Shown piece by piece: positions 11,501 to 22,802 of a stretch of DNA of 64,000 nt. The stretch covers positions 124,001 to 188,000 of the forward strand of contig JADIIX010000026.1 of assembly GCA_027604505.1 (NCBI GenBank), read 5' to 3'. Position numbers and translations under genes: made by a program. The DNA comes from Gonapodya sp. JEL0774 (Eukaryota). Within the stretch, counting starts at the first letter, position 1, and the number at the start of each line of letters is the position of its first letter. The notes beneath the pieces were generated by a model. It had not been told where the DNA came from. It worked only from the letters and a program-made list of their open reading frames with translations, and searched no databases.

Positions 11501-13991
11501 CAATCCCGGCTCGTGGCATGTAACATCGCTGGAATAAAATCGGTGGCCCAGTGGATCATGGTAGAAGTCGGCGTCCCTAGCAAAATACCCGCGAATCTGG
11601 CCAGAGCGGAGGTGACTGTCGATTTGTAACGGTTGACATTTTCGGGGAGATTGAGGGAGCGCGGTACGGGGCTAAATTAATTGAGAGAGAAGTGGGTGTG
11701 CCGCGTTTGGAAGAGAACGCGGGGGTCATTGGAGGGGAGATGGGGTCATCGAGTGAGGGTGGAGTGCGCCTTGACCTGTCCGAACGCGTGAACTTACTCG
11801 TCACCATAGCACACCGTCACAAATTTGTCTGATGTTCCTCTTAGATGCCTGTAGATATAATCTTGAAAACAGACGAACGAGTACGAAGTGTTTTACTGTG
11901 CGGACTGCTGATAGATGACGGTATCGGGCTAGGAAAAGCTCACCGCCAAAGGCCTTGCACGCAAAGTACGGCGATCCGAATGCTAGGGATATTGCGGAGA
12001 CCTTTGGTAGTTGCGACATACGGTGTTGGAAAGAACGTGTTTTGAGCCAAGTCGGTGGCGGGAAGGGGTAGTTGAGTGTTTGTGAGTGAGTGACAAATGT
12101 AACGAGAGCAATTTGACATAATAAAATTCGAATCTGTACTCGATTCCATTGCGACGTCTGAAACTTGCATGAGGATTAGTCCTCACTTTCCGTTTATCAA
12201 CTCGCTTTCATTCTCCCCACTCTTTGTACCCCTTCACATCCCCCACTAAATCCAAGGGGACCATTTCAACTCACGCTCTCGCCTTCCGCTGTCACACCTC
12301 CAGCTCCTGCCGCTGTCTCCCCACCTCCTGCCAGCAACCACATGGCATGGAAAGTGTGCGCGATGGCACCACCTTATCGGAAGGAGGTTCAAATGCGACC
12401 GATCCGCAAAGCATGTACGTGGAGCACAAAAATGTTGAATGTCATCGAAAAATGCCCATAGGCTTGCACACTGTGTAGATTGCCGCCATCGGACTCACCC
12501 GCAGAATGCCCACATAAGATGATGGTGATTGGTCTATTCTCCCAGTCCCCTCCACCACCACGCAACTTGACGAGTTGCTCACGCCGCCTTTGCACAGCGT
12601 CACGGACGAGGTGTAGGGGGATTTTGGAGGCGGCGGAGTGGTAGCCGGCGTGGAGATTGAAGGTGGATCCGTCTGAAAATCGAGGGCGGCCAGGGAGTTA
12701 CAGCACACAGTAAGTGATTGTACGATGAGCGCATGGCCGTATACAAGAAGGAGGATGGTGTCGCAGACTCACCGACACCGGTGACGTGTCCTGGCGCCTT
12801 GTCCGTCGCGTTGATGCCCTGTCCTGAACCATGTCCGTGCTGGTCTCCCTTGCTACTTTCTGAAGCCAGACTTGCTGCACCAGTCCTGGGTCCGGAAGGG
12901 ACAGCCGTCGCCACTTTTGGCGCGACATACAGGTTTTGCTTCCAGTCGTCCAGATCCACCGACCCACGAAAGGCAATGTAGATCTCGGAAAGAGATTTGT
13001 CGACTGTGGGGAAGGGAGCGTGTGTCAAGTGTTAAATGCACACTGGTTCAGATTCTCGTCGCATGATACACTCTTCAACTCATTGGCTCACCCGTTCCAT
13101 CCGTCATAGCCACGACATAGGGCACTTTATCCCCGTTGAACGCCTTGCCCACCCATGTGAAGCTATTGAAAAGTGCATAGTCGCGGCCAGTGAGGAACGC
13201 GACGGGGTCGCGCTCGTAGCAGGCCATGGAGAGAAGGAGGGAGAGTTGGAGGCGGGAGCGGGTGATGTGGGGGCCCTGATTGGAGGAGAGGTGGCGGGGT
13301 GGGTGGTGTGCGAGGAGGGTTTGAGGATGTGGATGTTGAGAGAGTGAATCGTCCGTAATGGAGGGGGACGAGTGTACTTCGTCGTGCACGTCGACTCATT
13401 CGGCACGTGCATCGCGAAAATTTCCGTTCTCAGGTTTCGTTTGTCCATTTTCTCGTCCTCCACTCTGCACAGCATTCCTCCTTTTTCTCTCCCAAACATC
13501 TTAAATCTGAAGCCCACGACCCATTACCAACAACACACAAATCCCTGGGTCTTGCAACTCACAAACACGGTGCCGCCCGTTGGTGTCCTCAATTCGGGAG
13601 GGTCGAAGTGGTACTCGCGTTTGGGGAGGAATGAGCGGGCAAGGAAGACGCCGTTGTGGGCGCGAACTTGGTGGGAGTCGCTGTGGGTGTAGGCGTTTCA
13701 TTTTGGTTTTGTGACGGAGAAAAGGCGGAAGGAGTGCGTAACACGAGTGCGGAGTACATGCCAGCCCCACTGCTTGTGTACCCACCCCACCAGCTCAGAA
13801 TACAACACATCCGGCGGATCCACCACATAGTGTCTGTCTGAAAACGCCGCGGCGATTTCCACTGCGGCCAGCGTGCCTGGAGACTCTGCGTGTCCGGGAA
13901 TGGAGAACCGTAGACGTCGCCCGCCCAGGCAGATGGCGACGTTGATCGAGGTTTCCGCGGAGGGTAATGGCGTCGATGCAGATGCGGTCAT
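8509..13991 (-). CDS. Class-3 lipase - membrane hairpin - P-loop GTPase fusion protein, multi-exon
   Basis: Exon chain phase-checked at most junctions: IYIAFRGS, LHAGYH, LCGHSAG/GAIAH, AFGSP, FVTVCYGD/DPVPRSL, YHPLGRYIF; hydrophobic segment near 9830-9975; then G1 GPQKHGKST, G3 VTLV/DFPG and G4-position LCLNQ. Confidence 0.8.
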
Positions 13992-14461
13992 TAACCGGTG
14001 TAGATGAGCGGGAGAAATTCGAGAGGGGGAATCAAATATCTTCAGTTGGAATAAAGCTTCAAAACCAGCAATCAACGAACCACAGCATGCGAACCCAACT
14101 GCGAAAACTCGCGAGTTTCACTTTTCAGACCAAATATAATTTTCAATCAAATGGCATTGCAATCAATAGTGAAAATTGTTTTTTTTTGGTCTATAGTGTC
14201 ACAACTCAACTGTCTCAGGACGACGAAACAAATCACAACCGTGAGCTTTCACGAGCAATTTTCAATGTACAAATGTGTGTCATTGGGCTTACTTGCATCG
14301 TTCAGATGCTCGCGGATGTGCATACTTGATTGCTCCAGCGTCGTCTAAACGGGTTCTTCCTAATCCGACCGCGCATATTCTCAAATGTTCTTGCTCGTTG
14401 TTCACGTTCACCAAATCGGCCGTGAGCCAACCAAAAGTTCCAGTGCACCAAGTGCGGCGAT

Positions 14462-16180
14462 ATGACGCTCAGACTCCCAAAGACTCTGTGCTACCGGGTC
14501 CACTCGTCCTCGCCGCTTTTGTCATTCAGTCCCAACCATCCACAAACGCCGTCGCTCGCGCTCGACATCGTTCTCGCAACTGAACATGGCCTGCGCAGAC
14601 GTGCGGACTTTGATGTGGACCGTGAGGGCTGGCGGGAGGTTCCCGTCGAGGCAGTGTGGGTGCCTGAGCTCGAGCTCAGGTATCGGTCGCCGTCGCTGTC
14701 GGGAAATGAAGAAAATACACACGAGATTCACGCAGGAAGTGCTACGCTGGTCGGCGGCAAGGGACCTCTGATCGTCTGTGTCATCGAGCAGCTCGAGCGT
14801 TACGGTGTCGACATATCTTGGACACTCCACATCCGCGTGAAGCAGCAAGCTCACCTGCCAGGGAACCCACAACCCATTGTGCCGCTCTCTCTCGGCCCGT
14901 TTCATCCGCGTATGCTCGCGACCGCATCGGCGCAACTCGGTGAATCCGAGAACAACTCGGTGGAGCTCGAAGTGGCAACGTGGCGAACATGGACAGTTCC
15001 TGGACGGCTAGGCGGTACGGTACGCGTGAGGGAAGAATGGGGTGGAGGCGAGTATCTCCCACACGTTGTGTGCTTCTCTCACACAACTCACTTTGGAAAC
15101 TCTTCACCAAAAACGGTCTGCATTCTCCCACGCCACCTTCGCCCAACTTGTCAAGGCATTCCTTCAAAAGTGTGGGACTCGGCATTTGTCACGGCGAGAT
15201 TCATGTGCATCCGAGAAACCGATCCCTCACTACCGAATCCCTGCTGGCCTATTCTGCAACGATACCTCTTTTCGCAATCCACCGAGAACACCACGATCAC
15301 TTCTGCCCCTACCTCTACTGTCGCTCAGCCTGCCGAGGCTTCCACCTGTGACCACGCCGCAAAGAGCACCCCACTCGGCCCAACCAGGTCCACACCACTT
15401 CGGGTTCTGGACCTCTCCACTGGTACAGGCCTTCTAGGTACCGTGGCCGGCCTCGCCATTCAATCCCACCTGTTTGATGAGTGGAACTTCCGAGCCGGAC
15501 CGGATCGTGGAGGCAGCGCGTCCGTTCAGGACGCCGTCGCCGTGGACAATCGGACCTGCCACGGCGATGTGAACGTGGACATTGTGCTTACCGACCTCGA
15601 AAGCGCACTCGAACTTGTGCGAGAGAATGTGTCTGTCAACGACGCTCTCTTTCTCTCATCTTCTTCCACCTCGACCCAAACATCCACTTCCTGCGCCCAC
15701 TCTCCCCCCTTTACCATCACCCGTCGCACTACCCCACTCTCCTGGTCCGACATACCATCATCTCTCTCCCTTGGCCAATTTGATCTCATCCTCGCCTCCG
15801 ACTTGGCCTACGACTCGGACCTCCTCGAGGACCTCGCCGCATGTCTCGCCCGGTGCTGTGCACCTGGCGGACACGTCGTGGTGACCTACAAGAGACGCGG
15901 ACTGACAGAGAGTGAGGAAAGGTGGTTTTGGAACAGGGTGAGAGAGGACTTCGAGGCCAGATGTGTGGTGGGCGGGGTGGTGGACGATGATGGGGAGTTC
16001 GTGGACTTTGTGGAGATTGTGCAGGGAGGTACAAACGAAGAGCCACGTGCCGCGCCGCCGGTGTGGAAGGATTTGTGGAAGGGTACGGATGTGGAAGATG
16101 TTGATCGGTGGGCAAAGACGTTGGGTGTGATCGTGTGCGAGTTGAAGAGGGTTGCAAGAGCTCAAGGGTCGGCGCTGTGA
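14462..16180 (+). CDS. METTL21/Methyltransf_16-like protein lysine methyltransferase
   Basis: GIPSKVWDSAF, RVLDLSTGTGLLG, IVLTDLESALELVRENV, FDLILASDLAYD. May contain an in-frame intron near 15063-15153. Confidence 0.85.
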   Translation: MTLRLPKTLCYRVHSSSPLLSFSPNHPQTPSLALDIVLATEHGLRRRADFDVDREGWREVPVEAVWVPELELRYRSPSLSGNEENTHEIHAGSATLVGGKGPLIVCVIEQLERYGVDISWTLHIRVKQQAHLPGNPQPIVPLSLGPFHPRMLATASAQLGESENNSVELEVATWRTWTVPGRLGGTVRVREEWGGGEYLPHVVCFSHTTHFGNSSPKTVCILPRHLRPTCQGIPSKVWDSAFVTARFMCIRETDPSLPNPCWPILQRYLFSQSTENTTITSAPTSTVAQPAEASTCDHAAKSTPLGPTRSTPLRVLDLSTGTGLLGTVAGLAIQSHLFDEWNFRAGPDRGGSASVQDAVAVDNRTCHGDVNVDIVLTDLESALELVRENVSVNDALFLSSSSTSTQTSTSCAHSPPFTITRRTTPLSWSDIPSSLSLGQFDLILASDLAYDSDLLEDLAACLARCCAPGGHVVVTYKRRGLTESEERWFWNRVREDFEARCVVGGVVDDDGEFVDFVEIVQGGTNEEPRAAPPVWKDLWKGTDVEDVDRWAKTLGVIVCELKRVARAQGSAL

Positions 16181-16977
16181 CGAGGATGCGACCGGCTGGC
16201 CGTGGAGATTTTGTCGGTGTGCACATTTGTTTGTTACCCTCATGTAGTGACGAGAACGCAGATTGTATGAATCTTGAGAAAACTTACGCCGGCGACCCTG
16301 CATGCGTGGCTCAAACTCTTACTCAATCGCCAGCAAGTAACCCCTGTCTCACTTCCTTATCACTGAAGGAGAACGCAACACTATTTTCAAGTTGGCTGCA
16401 GCAGTGACTGCTTATTACGACTGTGTAATGCATGAGGTTATATAATAGAAGTGAATGGAACTTTGGTCATGTGGTCCACCCAGGTTATCACCCTCCCAAA
16501 CAGCCGGTCTGTCAGGAGAAGCAAACCCGGAATTCAGGGACCCAGAAAGAGGACTGGACAGCGAAGCAAAGCAGTGTATCTCGGGCTTGAGGTGGGTAGG
16601 AATCGACGTGGCATCGGGTGTGAACTCGTGGACGGGTAACTTTCGGGGAGTCAATGGGACCAGATTGAGAAGGAATACGGGGCAGAATCACAATTCGAAT
16701 CTATTCTTTGATGTGATTTCTGATCTGTCGGCTTGCTTCTCTGTCGAATCGGTCACTTTCTGAAAATGCAAGAAAGTAGCGTTCAAGACCGCGCGTACAA
16801 GAAACACAAGATCTTTTCGCCACGGATCGCACCTTACGTGATACAAGTGAGTTGAAACTTGTCGGAAATTTCTGTTGAATTCATGGATCGGCCTTGGGCG
16901 AGCGTGCAGATAACTGAATCGTCTGAATCCTCCAAATCCTTTGGAAAACGATCGTCGTTTCAGTCATTCTGTCACCC

Positions 16978-17907
16978 ATGAGTTACAACGACGAAAACAT
17001 CCCTCCGAATGATGTATCCGAATCCCGCATCTATGAGAATGGCCGGAGTGCTAGTCGCACTCCACTTGCTGGAGCGCACCTCAACTTGCGGAGTTCTTCG
17101 GTGGGCTCCACCACCACGAGGACGCCTCGTCTTCGAAATCTCGTCATGAGAAGCGGCGGTGTCATACCTCAGCGATCTCGGTCTGCGCTAGCTCGGTCGA
17201 GGCCACCGGTCCCTTGGAGCCACTTTCGCTCTGTCGATCGAGCCGAGACACCTCAAGTTCGTCCAGTGGAGTATGCACCGGCGCCTGTTAGAATCCCGAA
17301 GTTCCAGTCTGGCGTTGCGGATGCTTCTCCATCGCCCACGGAAGAGCGCGTGCATAGCACATTCACTCCTCCCGTTCCACAAATCGAGATCACGCAGATC
17401 TGGTCCATGACGCAGCCAGGCGCGGGATCTTACACACCAGATCGACTAAACACGGTAACTTACACACATGATCGACAAGAGTTAGGGGTGGTTATGAACT
17501 ATCCGCACCAGTTCAGTGGAGACGACGCTCAAGACATGAAGATCCAAACACCCAGCCCTCCCACTTCTCCCCAACAGATGCAGATGGCGCCACAAACTGC
17601 CCCCAGTTCATCGTCTGTCCGACCCCACTTCGTTGTAGTCACCGCCACCACTCCCCCTCCCTCCGCAAGCTCCACCAGATACTTTATCAATGGCTCATCA
17701 TTTGCAGAAAATATCTCGGCATTTGATCCTCGAGCTAAATCAACTTGGAGCTCTTTGTTCGCCGGATCGGCTTCGCGAAACTCGATTCCTTCTCCTGCAG
17801 CCACTCCACCATTAGCACAGCCAGCTCCCGCGAGATCTGCATCTGAGGCAGTGAATCACTTTGAAGACTACTTTGCCTTGAGTGTTCAGTCTAGGGGCCA
17901 ACCTTGA
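16978..17907 (+). CDS. Hypothetical Ser/Pro-rich disordered protein
   Basis: 309-aa ATG-initiated ORF starting MSYNDENIPP; no recognisable domain. Confidence 0.5.
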   Translation: MSYNDENIPPNDVSESRIYENGRSASRTPLAGAHLNLRSSSVGSTTTRTPRLRNLVMRSGGVIPQRSRSALARSRPPVPWSHFRSVDRAETPQVRPVEYAPAPVRIPKFQSGVADASPSPTEERVHSTFTPPVPQIEITQIWSMTQPGAGSYTPDRLNTVTYTHDRQELGVVMNYPHQFSGDDAQDMKIQTPSPPTSPQQMQMAPQTAPSSSSVRPHFVVVTATTPPPSASSTRYFINGSSFAENISAFDPRAKSTWSSLFAGSASRNSIPSPAATPPLAQPAPARSASEAVNHFEDYFALSVQSRGQP

Positions 17908-18548
17908 GATCCGGCTGAAGGTCCTTCCCACCGACATAATGGTACAGGACACATGAAAACACTTTTCCAATCACGAAGCGGTACAAAAATGGACATACAG
18001 AAAGTCATTGCTGCTTTTTAGCCACGTCACCACAAGTAATTCACCTCTACAAAGTTCTATAACTGTCAGATTATTAAGTTGATATTGAGCGAGAGCCGGG
18101 ATCCAACTAATGACAGAGAGATCAATATCCAGCTTAGAAAATTCTATGGCTGCCTCAATCGTGGCTGTGATCTTTGCAAGAAGACAGCCGACAGTTCAAA
18201 GCCAGACCCGATGATCATCTGAGTGCATACTTTAATTGGGTCTCCACCGAAACTCCTTCCACTTCCAACCAAGTATCCGAGACTCTAACTCTCGCAACTC
18301 ATTGTAAGTGGAGACCTCGGCCCAATCTGAGCCTTGATCCTACTGATGCCGTCAGTCTTGGACCATTCTTCATACTGACCTGTCTTCACACCATTCCAAA
18401 CTGAATCCTCGAATTCCAAACCTCGGACAATCCATCCACCTTCCCATCCACTTGTCAAATGCTCCTTGATATTCCTGCTTGGTCTCGATCGTCCCTTCGA
18501 ACGGCTGCAATCGTGCGAATCTGGCCAATTCTTTCACAGCCAGAACTC

Positions 18549-19763
18549 ATGCAGTTCGAATCGATTCGCTTCGGGTCCGTCCACTTCGTCCATGAATATC
18601 AAGCCGCCAGCCTGAAGGATGTCGAGGAGGCGACCCTGTGTGGGTCGTCTACGGAGATCATGGGATCGGTTGTGGACTTTGCGAAGGTGGGTGAGAGTCG
18701 ACGCAAGGTTGAAGAGATTAAGAGTCTCCCCTTGAGGACTTCATTCCCTTTGATTGATTCAACCTTCTATGGTTCCATCGGTGATAGGTATCCCCTTCAG
18801 CAATGATGGAGACCATCGAAGTTGTGCACCAGGTAAGAGTAGGTCACCCGCAGCTTTCCATTGTAATTTGTGATTTCCAATGCACATGTACTACGCTGTC
18901 ACTCTGTCACTTCATTCAAGCCGCACGCCCTGTCCGCGCCCTCCTTGGAAGAGTGTGCTGAACTCTCTTGCAGGCTCGTTGCGCCAAGTCCCGTCAAGGC
19001 AAAGACATGGGCAAGCGTCGTTATGTCCAAGCAACCGACAACGAATCCTCAGAAACCGAGCCTGAGGAGTGACGCTAGTCGTGCGACCATGGTGAATACG
19101 ATGCTTAAGGTTCTCGATCCTCTCGTTTTCTCACCGTGTTCCGTTACACATGCTGCCACATCACGAATACCACGCAAAAAGGACAAGCTGGTCACACTCT
19201 CGGTCAAGAAAGAGCCGCCGCCTCCCGTTCCGAATGAAAATTTTACCCGCATCCCGACAAAGAAAGCCTTCGCTTCCCTTTCCGTGCTCGCAACTTCCGT
19301 TCGGGACAAAGACGGCTTCAATTTCGTCCAAAAGAAGACTCGACCCCGTGCCCCAAGCTTCCCTCGATTACAGGTGGCAGTATCGTGGATCACCCAGGGG
19401 GCCCACCGGAACAAATTTGCCGTTTTGGCCGGTCGAAACGATGTCCAAGAGGTGAGAATCGACACATGGATATGCAATCGCGCTGTCTGGAGTAGCAATC
19501 GATGAATGAGACGTGTCCTTTCGTTTGTACAGGATCCGGCTGATCGAAATGTCCTCAGCCATGACCCTACCTCCCCGCCCACCTCATCCGTCGCGGCGCC
19601 CACCATCATGCCAACCCTTGACCCACCGTGCGCCACGGAGGTCGACGCTGAGTCTACCCGTGCCCTGGCGGAGGCCTCCCAGCACAACCAACACCAATAC
19701 AAACGGTGGAAAGAATGGCAGAACAGGCAACGGTTCTGTCTTGGACGGGAATTCGAATTCTAG
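18549..19763 (+). CDS. Orphan protein, paralogue A (4 exons)
   Basis: Exons MQFES..GSVVDFAK / VSPS..VHQ / PHAL..NKFAVLAGRNDVQE / DPAD..QHNQHQYKRWKEWQNRQRFCLGREFEF*. Exon structure and motifs are shared with 22803-24008. Confidence 0.65.
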
Positions 19764-20290
19764 CATTAGCTGTATGGTTATTTATTTTCCGTCGCTATGT
19801 ACATGTATTATATGATAGCACTTTTGGTGGATTCGCCCGGACATCATGTATATGTCCCTGCGAGTCTCCGCAGAAAAGGAGGGCGCAGATCCCGCAAACG
19901 GCAGCATGAAATACCATCTTTTGCGTTAGTCCGGACCCTTCCATACATACGGAGGTGCGTGAGACACCCTGTGGGATGTTGAATACAATTGCCGTGGTGT
20001 CCTGCCCACGGCTTTGGGTCATTGTCTCATACACGCACAGCCGCGATTTCTGTGAGATACGATGAAAGAAATGCCCCTCGAGGATCGGTGGTAGTTCTGG
20101 AAAATAACTGAATATAAACTTTGGCGAACCGTCAGCACGGCAAACAGTTATAACACCTTCCCACTCGATACCATCCCCAACATCACAAGAACATAGCATA
20201 AAAATTAAGGCACGTACTAGCCCAGTGCATATCCACGCGACTAGAGCACAATTCGGTACTCAAGTGGTAAAAAAGAGCTCTCAATTTGGC

Positions 20291-21058
20291 CTATCCAGAG
20301 CTCTCAATCGCTCGCTCGTACTGATATACTTCCAGCCCAAAAGCAAACTCCAAATCTCCAACCCGCCTCCATCCTTCTTTCTCGTAAAGTCTTATCGCCG
20401 GGATTTGAAATCTCGTCGTGGAAAGAGCGAGTGTCTGCACCTTCCTATCCTCTTCCACAAGCTTGTTCCACGACTGTACATGCGCCAACACGGCCTTGCA
20501 CAGGGCAGAGCCTACGCCTTTCCTGCGTTGGTCCCGCCTGACACACATCCGTCTCAGCTCGGCTCGCTGAGGTTGATCCGGAAGTCGAGATCCTTGAACG
20601 CCTACAAGTCCTACGATTGTACTAGTCAAAGGGTCTGTGGCGACAAAGAATGCGTTGAGAAGCGTCTGTGTCCCGTCAGGCTCTCTGGGACCGTAGTGTG
20701 ATTCGATGTCACCCATATCACTTTTTTCCGAGAGGAAAATGATAACTGCGACGAGCGTATAGTAGTATACAGCGATGCTCACGCCAACAGCTGTCCACGA
20801 GATGGCAAAGAGGCGGAGAAGGGTGAGAGAGGAAGTGGAGAGTAGCGAACCGGCTGCTTGTCGGCGGAACGCAATCCACGAGCCAACAAGCATAGTAGCA
20901 GTTATTGCTCGTGGGGATTTGATGTTCCAAACTATCGCGTCGTTCATGACATCTAAAAAAGAGCTCCTGAAGATCCGAAGCACTTGTTGGTGATCGGAGT
21001 TTTGATAGCGACGAATCACCACCACTGAGTTGGAAATGCCCAGAGAGTTTGAATTCAT
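20291..21058 (-). CDS. NAT8/camello-like GNAT N-acetyltransferase with N-terminal membrane segments
   Basis: VVIRRYQNSDH, hydrophobic insert, SDMGDIESHY, AELRRMCVRRDQRRKGVGSAL, LSTTRFQIPAIRLYEKEGW. Confidence 0.88.
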   Translation of the reverse strand: MNSNSLGISNSVVVIRRYQNSDHQQVLRIFRSSFLDVMNDAIVWNIKSPRAITATMLVGSWIAFRRQAAGSLLSTSSLTLLRLFAISWTAVGVSIAVYYYTLVAVIIFLSEKSDMGDIESHYGPREPDGTQTLLNAFFVATDPLTSTIVGLVGVQGSRLPDQPQRAELRRMCVRRDQRRKGVGSALCKAVLAHVQSWNKLVEEDRKVQTLALSTTRFQIPAIRLYEKEGWRRVGDLEFAFGLEVYQYERAIESSG

Positions 21059-21246
21059 TGTCGCAGACGAGTTTGAGCAGTTCTCGACTTGAACTACTGA
21101 GACACACGAATCAATGATTTACATGAATGTGCCATCATAATGGGCACCGCAATATAAGCGCGGCAGCCGAGACACCAACAATAAAACTTCGTTGAGAACA
21201 AACGTTCCCAATCGGTCACTTTCAAAGTTCTACAGACGCAAACGCA

Positions 21247-22076
21247 ATGTCGCGAATTCAGGCATGTTTTCCTTTAACGGCTGACGACGCGTGCTGTTGA
21301 TCTTCAACGTGAAGCTCCCCTTTTCCTCTCATCCACCACGTCATCACAACTTCACCAAACTTTCGCGGATCTCCGAATCTGTCGTCTTGTATCTTAAAGC
21401 AAGATAACGTTAGCTATACGAGCTCCGTCCATCCCACGAAGCACCACGAGCTGGACGATCAGTTCATCGATCGCAGCGCGAGCAAACGTGATCCGTTGCA
21501 CCCAGAGCCTGCCGGAAAAGAGTCGAGCCCGCATAGGCACGATTCAAGGGTATGTCGTGTAGTGTGCAGACAGTGCGGATGAAGTGTTGACAAACATCGC
21601 AATGGGATGACATCATCAATATAAAGATGGACCCCGACGAGCCGTCTCACAAGCAGAAGAAAGATCTGGACTTAGAGATGGATGTGAGTGAGCGTGACTT
21701 GGTGGATACAAACAAACCCTGGTTCACCAACTTTCGGTCCTCCCCTTTTGCTCGATGTCTCCTCAGGACGAACGAACAATCGCTGTTCATCGCGAGGCCC
21801 TGCATCAATCCCGCGCCGCTCACCACCACAAGCATTCTGCGGATGAAAAGGCTCCCACAGAAAGCAAGAGTGAACGTAGAGCGAGAGAGAGGGAAGAGGC
21901 TAAGGAGAACGAAGGTGCTTTGAGTCTTCAGCTGAGTGGAGGGTCAGTCATTATAACCGCGACACGCGAGACTAAATACTGGTCTTGCATCCAAACTCAT
22001 AACCTGTGCAGACAAGGAGTACGAAAGGCAGATGGCCGGAGTCCCTCCCGCCGACGACGACGCGATCAAAATGTAA
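21247..22076 (+). CDS. Small, highly hydrophilic His/charge-rich hypothetical protein (about 5 exons)
   Basis: In-phase exons MSRIQ / QDNVSY..HDSR / MDPDE..EMD / DERTI..ENE / DKEYERQ..AIKM*. TATA-like ATATAA near 21152. The first intron needs a GC donor. Confidence 0.5.
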
Positions 22077-22802
22077 CGCAGAGTTCGGACTTTGACAGGT
22101 GTTTCCGCAGGACTTCAAGTATGTGCACAAAGTGTATCTTCAATATCATTGAAAGATCTCATGATCGCTACAGCTGAGAAGCAACGAGTGAAGAACGATA
22201 ATCGGTATGTGGCATCTTACTTGTCCAAGCCGCACCACTTGGGGAGATCTGGCTTGGATTCACTATCCTGCATTGGCTCATACGAGATCTTCCTGTATTT
22301 GGCACCTGTTCACTCGGTAAATACGATAATAAACAAGTGGTAGAAGAACACCTTTCCATTAGAGATGACCAAGATAGATTATTCCACGGCGAAACAAACA
22401 CATTACTAGCTTAGAATACCTTGATGGTTGCCTTAAAGATGGCTCGGATCTTCGCAAGAAGCTGCCCCGAGTTCAACAGGCCGGGTTCGACCAAGAAACT
22501 TCACAATCAAACAGTTTCCACTGTTAAAGCATTCAATCTCCACATCGCAATCATTTCACATTCTCTTTCCCTTGTTGTAATATCTGGTCGATCCTTCACT
22601 CCATCTCAACCTTGGTTGAGTTTGCTTGCTCGTCCTGGCTCGTTCGGACCATTCTTCCCACCATCCGTACCGAATCTCTCGCTTTGCATCCCCGATTCCG
22701 ATCCGTCAATCCTTCAACGTACTCACCTTTGCTTTTCGCTACACCTCTTTGATCTCGATCGTCGATTCGCATCGGCTCCATCATTTCTCACAGTCAACAC
22801 TA

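Noticed and set aside
19049..19702. 217-aa minus-strand ORF
   Set aside because: Antisense to paralogue A, whose strand is fixed by splice sites shared with paralogue B.
22478..22496. GGTTCGA resembling a tRNA T-loop
   Set aside because: No T-stem pairing or cloverleaf.
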